A DNA stretch of 63,087 nt, the filler included, from Octopus bimaculoides (taxonomy: Eukaryota), in assembly GCF_001194135.2 (NCBI RefSeq). It is 6 parts of 5 records of this genome, joined end to end, with 100 filler letters (N's around TTAATTAATTAA, not from the genome) between each part and the next. Parts side by side here need not be neighbours in the genome. Positions count along the whole stretch, not along the records: positions 34,525 to 57,129 come from NC_068989.1; positions 57,230 to 58,755 come from NW_026304910.1; positions 58,856 to 61,755 come from NC_068993.1; positions 61,856 to 63,087 come from NC_068989.1; 2 more parts are not named here. The stretch is one strand, 5' to 3'. The notes below the pieces were generated by a model, which had not been told where the DNA came from, ran no database searches, and saw only the letters and a list, made by a program, of their open reading frames with translations. This document shows positions 51,446 through 63,087 of this stretch, piece after piece. Within the stretch, counting starts at the first letter, position 1; every line of letters starts with the position of its first letter. A program made the translations under genes and the position numbers.

Positions 51446-53029
51446 AATCTGGGTTTGAAACCGTTTGCTAGTTGTTTCGAACATTGGCATTTCCTTTGTC
51501 CTGTCAACAAGCACAGTTATTTTTAGCGTAGGAGTGTGATCGCTGACCCTTTCCGGTCATCGAAAGTTTAGAAAAACAAGTTAGGAACTGTACTAAACTG
51601 ACCCAGCTTTGGAAGGGGTATCTTAGCACTGTTGGGTACGGCATCTGTCATAAATACGGTAGCATAGATTTGGTAATCGTAATTGGTGTAAGCGGTCAGC
51701 CAGTGAAGATGGACAAGCAGTTGGTGTACGGCAGTTGGTGTAAGCGGAGTTTGGTGTGAAGGCCAGCAGCCAGGGAAGAACGAGTATGTGAAGGCCAGCA
51801 GTGAAGAGTGAAGAGAAGCAAGATGGACACAGACAGAGGCTGAGAAAGAGAGGCTATTGTGACAAGGTACCAGTCAGCAGAAATAGATAGGGACTGAAGC
51901 AATCAGAGAGAGGGACAGAGAGATGGAACTGTTGTGGCAGGCAAAAGATTGTAGTAGACTACGTTGGTCACTTCTTGTGGATTGTAGTGAGAGATTTGAA
52001 TTGGTTACGGTAAAGGTTTGTTTGCATTTCTTTAAAGAAAAGTGTACTTGCACTGTTATATGTTTTTGCAAAGAACTTTGTTAACTCTTGTTAATTGTGA
52101 TATTAACTGGTTGAAAAGAAAGAAAAGAGAGAACTTTGTTGTTACATGTTGTTCAAAGAAAAGAAAAACAAAGAATTAAAAGAACTTTTTAATTGACACT
52201 CGATACACGAACTTTGATGGTAAACTTTGATTATGTAATGATTGAAAACCTTTGTGTTGTTAAATGCTTGGAAACGTTATTGTTAAATGTTACATGTTAT
52301 TTCAAAAGCATGAATTATTGTTATGCAATGTTGTTTTGTATTGTGATGTAAAGAAAAAAGTTAGTTTCACTACGCAACGCATGGTCCATGTTATTTCTTC
52401 CTTGCCTGTTGTCATCGTTACGTGCTCTGGCTGGGCTTAGTCGTGGCGGACATCCCGACTCATTGAGCGTCGACGTTCAAGCGCGCGAGTTTTCTCTTCG
52501 CTGAGGTGCACCGCGCAGGCGTTCGTAACTATATATATATATAAATATAAATATATATATACATGTATAGATATATTGCATATGGCGGCCTCTGATCAAC
52601 AAGTGTTTTTCTAAGCTCCTAGAAAATCGCCAAGAAACTCCTAAAAAGTTGCGAATTCTATTATAAAGAAAACCCAAGAAAGTCCTAAATGTCTTCCTGA
52701 ATGACAAAGAATACACTTGAAGAAATAAAAAAGTGAAATATAGTAAGGAGGTAGAATCTTTCTTTTGCGAATGTATGAATTATAAACATTGCAAATAACA
52801 ACACGTGAATTTTACGAGATTTCTAAAATAACTGCGATTTTCGACCAAAAAAGCAAAAAAATAATCTATCTGAATAACTTTTGAGTGAAAACGTAACAAG
52901 ACAAATTTACAGAAAAACCATCTGGAATATATATATGTAGAAGGGAAAAACAGAAGAAGTAAAAGCCCTTACGAACATAGAAAACGTAAACAATGTCTCC
53001 TATTTAGCAGCACATGGTATCACCATCTT

Positions 53030-54955
53030 CTGTTGCGGGCATGGATGATTGCTAGTGGCAATCCCCCAAACATCATCATCACTGCTGCACTTAAGAATAA
53101 TGGCTTTCACAGAACCACTGATCAGATAGAGCAGAAGAAGAATGAATTCCTCAGCTCATATGCACTCATCAGACCACACATTGACACCCTAGATGTCATA
53201 ATCGAAAACCATTGTGGAAAGGCTGATAAGGATGGAGAGGAGGAAAAGGAAAAAACACCCGGAAGTCTCTTTCACCAAGTGGCTCCTCCAAAGAATGGAT
53301 CACCCACTCCTGTGAATGACCAGGTAGAAAAGGATAGTGGAGCCAAGGAAGCAGCAAATAGAAGCCCCTCTGTGCCGGTGGTCCTACAAAGGAAAGGAGC
53401 CCTCACCCCAATAGATAACCAGAGGAAAACAGTACCCACCACAAGAAAAGGAAGAACGGAACACAGGTATAAAGAGGTAAAAGGAAAATGTAAACACCGA
53501 AACCCCATTCCACCAAACAAAAAGTAGAAAATCCCAAGGTGGATCCAATGCCATCCAAGACCCTACAGGAAAGAAGAAATTAGGAAGGCACCNNNNNNNN
53601 NNNNNNNNNNNNNNNNNNNNNNNNNNNNNNNNNNNNNNNNNNNNNNNNNNNNNNNNNNNNNNNNNNNNNNNNNNNNNNNNNNNNNNNNNNNNNNNNNNNN
53701 NNNNNNNNNNNNNNNNNNNNNNNNNNNNNNNNNNNNNNNNNNNNNNNNNNNNNNNNNNNNNNNNNNNNNNNNNNNNNNNNNNNNNNNNNNNNNNNNNNNN
53801 NNNNNNNNNNNNNNNNNNNNNNNNNNNNNNNNNNNNNNNNNNNNNNNNNNNNNNNNNNNNNNNNNNNNNNNNNNNNNNNNNNNNNNNNNNNNNNNNNNNN
53901 NNNNNNNNNNNNNNNNNNNNNNNNNNNNNNNNNNNNNNNNNNNNNNNNNNNNNNNNNNNNNNNNNNNNNNNNNNNNNNNNNNNNNNNNNNNNNNNNNNNN
54001 NNNNNNNNNNNNNNNNNNNNNNNNNNNNNNNNNNNNNNNNNNNNNNNNNNNNNNNNNNNNNNNNNNNNNNNNNNNNNNNNNNNNNNNNNNNNNNNNNNNN
54101 NNNNNNNNNNNNNNNNNNNNNNNNNNNNNNNNNNNNNNNNNNNNNNNNNNNNNNNNNNNNNNNNNNNNNNNNNNNNNNNNNNNNNNNNNNNNNNNNNNNN
54201 NNNNNNNNNNNNNNNNNNNNNNNNNNNNNNNNNNNNNNNNNNNNNNNNNNNNNNNNNNNNNNNNNNNNNNNNNNNNNNNNNNNNNNNNNNNNNNNNNNNN
54301 NNNNNNNNNNNNNNNNTAGAAAAGGATAGTGGAGCCAAGGAAGCAGCAAATAGAAGCCCCTCTGTGCCGGTGGTCCTACAAAGGAAAGGAGCCATGGTGG
54401 AGTTGCTGTATACATCCGTGACGTCCTCACACCCCAGGTCTTACTGTCATACTCAAATTCGGTATGCGACACCTTAATTGTATACATAAGACAACATAAT
54501 ATAGTCATATGCAATACATATTGCCCACCGGATACTCCAAACCACATAGGCAAATTTGAAGATTGCCTCACTAGAATTTAAAAAATTCTCATGAAACTGG
54601 AACACCATGTGACCATATTTCTTATGGGTGATTTCAACTTCCCCAACGTCAAATGGTCCGAAGGTCTCATGCTCTAAGGAATGACTCATTGCAAACAAGC
54701 ACAGGTGGAATCCCTGCTAAAGCTTACCAATGCCCTATTCATGGAGCAAGTTGTATTCAGACCAACTAGGGTGAATAACATTTTGGATCTCTGCTTCACG
54801 AACAATATGGACATCGTTCATAATGTGAAAGTGACACCGACATTAGTCTCGGATCACAACATAATAGAGCTGTCTATGTTTGGGCTGAAAGTAGCCAGAG
54901 ACGTACAGCCTAAAGGAAGCACCCAAAATCTCTCCAATCTAAAATTCCACAAAGC
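53030..54955 (+). mobile_element. CR1-group LINE 5' part: ORF1 remnant and APE endonuclease
   Basis: HGGVAVYIRD, MGDFNFPNVKW, PTRVNNILDLCFTN and SDHNIIE. Confidence 0.8.
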
Positions 54956-55114
54956 TCGTAAGTTTGCGAGCCAACCCTTGGAGGGCAAGGAGATTTTGTT
55001 TCAACCCACTTATTGTGGGAAAAAGTTGACGAGAGCTTGGGTCTGCAGGTTGCCACCCAGGAGAGTGGCTAGAGGACACTATCTGCCAGGGTCTGGGTGG
55101 CATGCAAAGGAGCT

Positions 55115-57129
55115 ACAGACTTAATTATCAAGGTACCCTCACCTGATGACCTGAAACTAAGACCAATAATAGCAGGTCCAGCATGTGAAACCCACCGCCT
55201 CAGTAGCTTCTTGGACACTCTACTGAAACCCTTCCTAAAACACATCAAGAGCTTTATAAGGGATGACCGGGACATGCTAAACTGCCTCCCATAAATGGTC
55301 AATGAGAAAACACTACTAGTATCCTTCGACATAGTCAACCTATATTCAAACATCCCACACTTTCTAGGAATAGAGGCCATCACATTCTGGTTAGACAATT
55401 ACACCTATGAACTCCCCTCTCGCATTAAAAAAGAACACATAATAGAAGGACTAAGATTTATCTTAGAAAATAATTATTTTATATTTAACAACGACTACTT
55501 TCGACAAAAATCGGGGACTGCACCTTCTTATGCTAACCTGGTAATGGGCTATCTCGAGAACATAAAAGTGGTGTTATTGTATGGGGCTGAGACATGACGT
55601 ACAACAGTTAAGTCAAATAAGCAAATACAATCATTCATCAACAGGTGCTTGCGTAGTATACTTAAAATCAGATGGCCCGAACACAAAAGCAATATGGAGC
55701 TATGGCAAAAAAATGAACTCAGCTTTGTCACACAGCATGAAAATTAACATACTGATAGCAGACTTAGTTAGGATAATGAACAATATCTCCCCACTATGCG
55801 AACTGTATGAAACAAAAAAACATATACAGAACTTCATGCACCACATGCAGTTCTCTGGATATGATCAGAAAGATAGGGTTTGAGTATACAGGGGAGCTAG
55901 AAAGAGGTTAGATAATATTATACGTAATGATACCAGTGGTACCTGCCCTAGATATAGTAACAAAGAATGGAATAGGATACAAAGAATTTGTGACAAAGCC
56001 AACAGGGCGAACACGTGGTATAAAACCGACAGATATCAAGGAGTGATGTTTGTAGAGGCCACAGCCCATGGCGAACTAGCGCGTATGTTTAGAAAAGCTC
56101 TGAAGGAGTCCAAACTCAACATTAAGATTGTTGAAAAGCCAGGGAACTCTATCAGATCACAACTATGTAGGACGTACCCCTTTGAGAATACCATATGTAC
56201 CAATGATAACTGCATGGTATGTAGGATTAGCCCTGGCATTAACTGCAGAAATAGAAATGTAGTTTACAGCATAAATGCATGGAAATGTAGTTTACAGCAT
56301 AAAATGCATTGGAGGGTTAAAGGCAATAAAGAAAGAGAACACTCGAGAAATATGGAAACTCCTTTTCCACCTACATACAAAACAACCGGAAAAGATATCT
56401 CGATGACTGCTTCATCCTCTGGAATGAAAGTATAGAAAAACTCAACGAATTCCAAACACTTCTAAATGGAATAAGTGAAAACCTCCAATTTACGATAGAA
56501 TACAACAATCAACAACTACCGTTTTTAGATACCCTCATAAAGAAAGTTGGGAACAAGATAGAGACAGATATCTATTATAAACCCACTGACTCGAAAAAGC
56601 ACCTGCCACTTGATTCTTGCCACCTGAGACACACCAGGATTAATATCCCATTTTGTTTAGCCAAAAGAATATGCACTATAGTATCAGATGCAGACACCTG
56701 TTATAAACGACTCCAGGAATTGAATCGAAAATACGATCCAAAGAGTACTTAAATTAAATGCACAAGAGACAACCAAGACCCAAGAAGGAAGAAAAATTTA
56801 AAACCCTGCCTTACATCTCCACACACAACCCACATAACAATGAGGCCTTCAACAATATACTCCACAGCACAGCTCTGCTCAAGAAAGACCCAAAGATGAA
56901 CCAAATCCTTAAAACACATACAATCATCAAAAGTAAGAGGCAACCAAAATCAATGGAAAAGATTTTAACCCAGGCCAAATTACACTCAACAATAACCACT
57001 AAACCTACAGTAAAAATATGCGGGAAACCCAACTGTGGGATTTGTGTCAACGTAATAGAAGGATCAGAACATCGATTAGAACAAGGCCATAATTTCACAG
57101 TAAAAACTAATTTTACATGTGCATCAGAG
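55115..57129 (+). mobile_element. Penelope-like element fragments (RT and C-terminal regions) with a short RTE insert at about 55570-55700
   Basis: KLRPIIAG...LVSFDIVNLYSNIP...FRQKSGTAPSYANLVMG; MFVEATAHGELA...IVEKPG; LPYISTHNP...KRQPKS...CGKPNCGIC; RTE piece LLYGAET..NRCLRSILKIRWP. Confidence 0.8.
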
Positions 57130-57229
57130 NNNNNNNNNNNNNNNNNNNNNNNNNNNNNNNNNNNNNNNNNNNNTTAATTAATTAANNNNNNNNNNNNNNN
57201 NNNNNNNNNNNNNNNNNNNNNNNNNNNNN

Positions 57230-57272
<43 letters not shown>

Positions 57273-57339
57273 TATGCAGCAACCTCTGTGGCTACAAAAG
57301 AAACTGCATACCGCGTCAAATCCATCCAGATAGGAGTAT

Positions 57340-57640
57340 CACCGCCCAAACAAACCCCGTGGAAAATAATATCCAGAAAAAAAGAAAAGAAAAGAAAAGA
57401 AAGGATCTGTCAACCCTTAATAAAACTAGTAAACAATCAACACTACTAGGCAACAAGAAGACAAGAAAAATGCTACGGAAATACAAGATTACAGAACAAG
57501 GTATACCTGAGGTAAAAGAACAGCTAAAGCAAGATATCCTCGCCAAAGCACAAAGAATCCGTCGGTATGAGAAACGCCAACGTTTCTCTGAACAAAACAA
57601 ACAGATCAACTTCAACCCGAAAAGATTCTAAGAAGAACTT
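57340..57640 (+). mobile_element. R4/Dong-like non-LTR ORF fragment (tentative)
   Basis: LKQDILAKAQRIRRYEKRQRFSEQNKQINFNPKRF. Confidence 0.5.
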
Positions 57641-58718
57641 GGACCCTCCCACCCTCCTGGACATAATGAACTACATCAAATATCATTAATGACGGACATC
57701 CGCTGTCTAATCTATATCTCTACGATGACGGAATACCCAATTTACGGAGTTTTCGCTCGATTGATGCTCCAATAGCTGGGATGTCCTAGAAACGGCTGTC
57801 AGTGACTATCTTTACTATTTTTTTTACTATTTTTACTATTCGTTATCTAGCTAAATTTAGGTTGAATTAAATGAAATTAAATGTCCTTATCCTGTCTTGC
57901 GTAATTATTTGCCTTTCCTCACTACTTTAACCCGTACCTACAGACTCAAAGGGATGCCACCTCCAGCCGTTTTTGAGCAGGACAATCACATAACAATAAC
58001 TTCAACTACTGTTCTAACTGGAATTTTGGTGGCACACCTATTTGAGCACTCAGAACGCACACCTATTAGTTTGAGTCATCCTGACGAAAACTTCTCATAT
58101 CATCTGGATGTATTATTTATATGTTTATTTGCGAGTACTTATGCTGGCGGTACTCAGAAGATTGTCTAATGCATTTTTATTGCTTAAATTTGTAGATGCT
58201 GTTGCTATGATGGTGGTGGCAGGAAAAGAGGATGGAAGAATTTGCAGTAGCAGTGGTGGTGGTGGTGGTGGTGGTAGTAGTAGTAAAAGAAAGATAGGGA
58301 GAAAAATAATGGCGGCAAAGGAGTAGAAGACAAAGAAAAAAAGGAAGAAAACAAAGAGGAAGTGAGAAGAAAAAGACGAAAGCAAAGAAGATGGAGAAGC
58401 AGAAGAAGGAGGAGAGAAAGAAGGAGAAGAAGATAAAAAAGAAGATGGAGATAAAGAAGAAGAGCTAAGAAGACAAGACGAGGCAGAAGATAGAGAATAG
58501 ACGTCAAAAAGAGGAGAAACGGTATAAGAGCCCCTAACCACCACCCCACTCCGCCGCCATCCCCTCTCGCCACCCGTCTCCGCCATCACAAAAATATGAA
58601 AGTGGTAGAAAGTAAAAGACTAATTAGGTTTGATATTGAGGTTTGATCGTTGTGTACTGGTGGCGACCTCACTGGATGAAATCCGAAGGGTATGACGAGG
58701 AAGAAAGATAGGAATTAG

Positions 58719-58755
<37 letters not shown>

Positions 58756-58863
58756 NNNNNNNNNNNNNNNNNNNNNNNNNNNNNNNNNNNNNNNNNNNNT
58801 TAATTAATTAANNNNNNNNNNNNNNNNNNNNNNNNNNNNNNNNNNNNNNNNNNNNTAAAACTA

Positions 58864-58894
<31 letters not shown>

Positions 58895-59383
58895 CTGCAA
58901 TTCAAAAATAGAAGCCAAAACAACAAAAGTCAAAAGGACGTACTTACCGACATACATACATACATACATACATGTATCTACATATAAATCATCATTGACC
59001 CGTGCACCACCAACAACTTGTCCTACTCACTCGGATGAACTAAAAGCAATACGAACCGATTCCTACCCACTACCACCACCGCCATTATAGACCACAGAAA
59101 TTTAACGACTTCCCGCAAAATTCACATATTCTGTCGTATTTATTTGATTTTTTTCTTTTTTGAAGTGAACCTTTTCCTCTGAGTATTACTAATCTGACAG
59201 ACATACACGCGTGCGTGCTCGCACACACACGTGCATACATGCACACATGCATGCATACATGTATATATATATACACGCACTTTATGTACGGATGCATAGC
59301 TGGGCGTATAGGTTGTGATTGTTTAGCTCATTGTCTGTATTGTATGATGGAGACATGGATATATGCATGTATATATATATATA

Positions 59384-59443
<60 letters not shown>

Positions 59444-61528
59444 GATACATGTTTGCATACATACATACATGTCCATGTATTCGCACCTTAATTGACATAC
59501 GCATACAAGCCTACATACAATCACCCACATAATAGTTCTCTCTTACTCTCTTTTTCTCTCCACACACACACACACTCATACACAAACACATATACACGCA
59601 TATTCTCATACACAATCACACATGCATACATAAATATATACGTACGTAAAAACATACACAAATATAACTATATACATACACACAAATATACATACATACC
59701 AACTAGAGTACTGACGACCATACAATCTCTTGGCACACACACACCTCTCCCGCCCATTCCCCCAGCAATGGTATGTATAATGGCATTTACACATCTACAC
59801 ACTTGCTATTATCAATCAAAATATCATACACAGCAGTTAACTATTAATTATTTCGGGACGCACGTGTACATAGACACATACCTACACCAACATAGTTACA
59901 TTCACAAACCTTTCGGTATATATATCAATATATTGGTTTCAAGTTTTGGCACAAATTCAACAAGTTTTTTTGGCGGGGGCTGAGTTAATTAAATCGACCC
60001 CAGTGTTCAACTGGCTCTTATTTTAGCGACTCCGAAAAATTGAAAAGAAAAGTCGACCTCGTTGGAACTTGAACTCATAGCATGAAAACAAACGAAATGG
60101 CACTAAACATTTTGCCCAGTATACTAAGGATTCTGCCAGCTCGTTGCCTTTATATGTATCAATCTATTTACAAGTTTTTCTTACGTCCTTGTCTTTTATT
60201 CTTTCTTGGTCAATAAAATAACTTTAGGGTAGAGGTAATCGATTTACCTTCTACCCAGAAATTGGTGACTTTGTGGCAAAATTTGAGATCAATATATTAC
60301 AAACTTTTCGCATTTTTTAAAACTGTATCAGATAATACATATATACAATATAATACATATATCATCTAACACATACACAATGGGCTAGACAGCAACATGT
60401 ATAGCAACATCTATCCATCCATCCATCCATCGAATAAATAATTTCCCCATCAAGGGTGGCGTAACCGACTCTCCCTAAAACAAAAGCATCAGGAGCAGGG
60501 GTTTAAAATCGGTTGAGAGAGCTTTTGAATGCCACATCATATCCATTCGGCAGTACCTTTTAACCACCAACTGTCGAAGTGCATCCATTGACCAAATACA
60601 CAGGTGACATCATGATACCAGGAGGACAGCTCCTCGAGAAACATTCCTTGTCTGATAACGTCGAATACATGCCCAAAGAAGTTGCTCAAATCTACTGCAG
60701 CAGAAAACTATGCATGGCAGAAAGTAGTAGAAAGCTCCAAAATGACAGCATGATTAATAATCAAAGCTGTCCATCATAGATGAACAACCGGATCATAACT
60801 CCCACTTTCAAGGTTATGCATTTGTAGCCCAGGAACAGGAAATAGCTACTAATCCCTAATGCACAAAAGAAACAAAGACACATGGAAAATACCGATGCAA
60901 ACTTTCTGGAGTTATTACCAAAGATATCACATAATTAATAAGCAGTTACTCAAAAATGTTGTCGCGTTATTAACTACCAATAAGACATGTTGTTCTGACT
61001 GAACAATTAGATAACCCTGAGATCAAATATATAAAAACCCAAAGTGGGGTGTAGACCAAAAGTACTTATAATACACAAGGGAACAGCTAGAATGTTCCAG
61101 TGAAAACTCCAAAAAAGTTCAAACATAATACAACCATATATAATAAATAATTTGGGACAAAGAAGTGAAACTCTGTAGTAGAGACAGCATGTTCTTTGTC
61201 TATCTCCTTAACTTCTTGGAGATTTTAGGTATAATTATACTAATGTGTCCATCTGTTCTAATTTAATTAAATTCTATGTCTTTGTGCAGCTGAGGATTGC
61301 ACTGCATTTTAAATAATGATTACATTGTTCAATTTAATGGAGTTGCATGAAACGATCGTACTGCATTACCTCTGGATATCCTTGCTGCTTATTTTGATTT
61401 TTATCACCTTACTTTGAAATTGTAGGGATAATATCGTACTAAACCCTAGTGCCTTAACCTTAGTACCATATTCACCTGAATCTAAATTTTTGTATGAATG
61501 CATATATATATATATAAATGTGTGTATC

Positions 61529-61571
<43 letters not shown>

Positions 61572-62212
61572 GTGCGTGTGAGTGTATAGTTCAAAATCGA
61601 CCTAATATTATATACTCATATACACTCTTAGTGAGGCAGAGAATTTAAGAGGATTGCTAAAAACATTATTTCAATTTCAATTTATTTATTCATCAAAATA
61701 TCATATTACAGAAGTATTTTTGCGTGATCTATATATTACACAAACACGCGCATGCNNNNNNNNNNNNNNNNNNNNNNNNNNNNNNNNNNNNNNNNNNNNT
61801 TAATTAATTAANNNNNNNNNNNNNNNNNNNNNNNNNNNNNNNNNNNNNNNNNNNNATATATATAATTAGAAGCAGCCCGAGGTATATAAACAAGATCAAA
61901 CACATACACAAGGTACGTGTGTTGTTAGTTCTTGGGTCGGCTGCGGTTTTTAGGCATCAGAGAATATAATCTCTATGCGCCTGATGAAAAATCACCTGAA
62001 ATTAAGTCATAGTCCAACGAGACAACTCACATAGGTCACTTCCCGTAGTCATAGTTGTCGATATGGTTTGCAGCGAGCCCTGTTCGGTATGCAGCATTGA
62101 TAAGTCAAAGCAATAATGAAACATCGATGTTTGTCGCTCCAAGAAGGGACCTATGTGTGTTGTCGCGCTTGGTTATGACTTACTTCCCCTAAATACCCAG
62201 AGATGTAAATAA

Positions 62213-63087
62213 AACCTCTGTGAAAACGAAAAGAAAGCCATACTAACACTAAAAAATGACAACACAATCATTCTAAAAGAAGCCGACAAGGGAGGGGCAA
62301 TAGTTATCATAGACAAGGACTATTATAAAGACAAAATATTGGAAATGTTAACAAATAAAACCTACTACAAGGAAGAAACTAGGCACTCAGAAAAAACAAT
62401 ACTAAATAAAATCAGAAGGCTAATAAATGAATTCCAAGATTCTTTCACTGACAAGGAAAAAGAGTATATATGCAACTCTGTTATCAAAGAGAGCAATTTT
62501 TACGGATTGCCTAAAATCCACAAAAGCTCCGAAATACAAAATGCCATAAATAAGCAGAAGAACGAATACATAAAATTACTAAGACCTGCTGACCTCAAAC
62601 TAAGACCAATAGTTGCTGGACCTCAAGTTCCAACACAACAGCTAAGTCATTTTCTAGATATAGTCTTAAAACCTTTGTGCCCATTAATACCTAGCTATGT
62701 ACGGGATGGCAGAGATTTCATCCAACACATTCCCCCCACTGCTGAAGAAGGTACTATACTAGCAAGTTTTGATGTTACTAATCTCTATACGAATATACCT
62801 CACAGTTTAGGCCTAGAAGCAATCAAACACTGGGTTGAAAAACATAGAGAACGGATAAATGATCGCTTCAAAACTGACTTCATCACCAAGGCCACACGTC
62901 TAGTGCTAGAGGAAAATACTTTTAAATTCGACAACAAAACATATCGGCAAATAAAGGGCACGGCTATGGGTACGCGATTTGCGCCCTCATATGCAAACTT
63001 AGTTATGGGATACTTAGAAGAAAAGCTCTATGAGGAAGTGGAAAAAACCTTTGACCAAGAATACAAACAACATATCATTAAGGAATG
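62213..63087 (+). mobile_element. Penelope-like reverse transcriptase, open to the window edge
   Basis: ADKGGAIVI, FYGLPKIHK, LRPIVAG, SFDVTNLYTNIP and QIKGTAMGTRFAPSYANLVMG; about 291 codons without a stop in my reading. Confidence 0.9.

Noticed and set aside
53326-54392. Direct repeat of about 75 bp on both sides of a gap, as a possible LTR
   Set aside because: It lies inside a LINE ORF1 remnant and flanks an N gap, so a local duplication or assembly artefact is more likely.
61978-62012. Hammerhead upstream of the Penelope RT (CTGATGA...GAAA..GTC)
   Set aside because: Stems I and II do not pair.

Overview
AT-rich, microsatellite- and SINE-dense eukaryotic DNA from a gapped draft assembly. 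The repeat landscape suggests a cephalopod (Octopus-like), which is an inference. The left part (about 11-24 kb) holds a spliced classical short-chain dehydrogenase/reductase (FabG-like) gene on the + strand; six internal or terminal exons splice in frame and two are not visible. From about 34.5 kb the SINEs thin out and the window becomes a dense run of autonomous-element remnants (MULE, mariner, hAT, CR1-like, Tx1/L1-like, Penelope-like, R4-like), nearly all on the + strand. The main discovery is a pair of tandem, diverged endogenous parvovirus-like elements, A (34.5-36.7 kb) and B (41.3-44.5 kb). Both have stop-free NS1 frames in the visible sequence and GC-rich hairpin ends. In B the order is inverted and fused: TATA, then VP1u phospholipase A2, then a one-base frameshift, a Gly-rich linker, an N-terminal jelly-roll capsid fragment, and an in-frame HUH nickase/NS1. 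I know of no described parvovirus with this capsid-first VP-NS1 single-frame layout. All family assignments come from motif recognition by eye; no searches were run.
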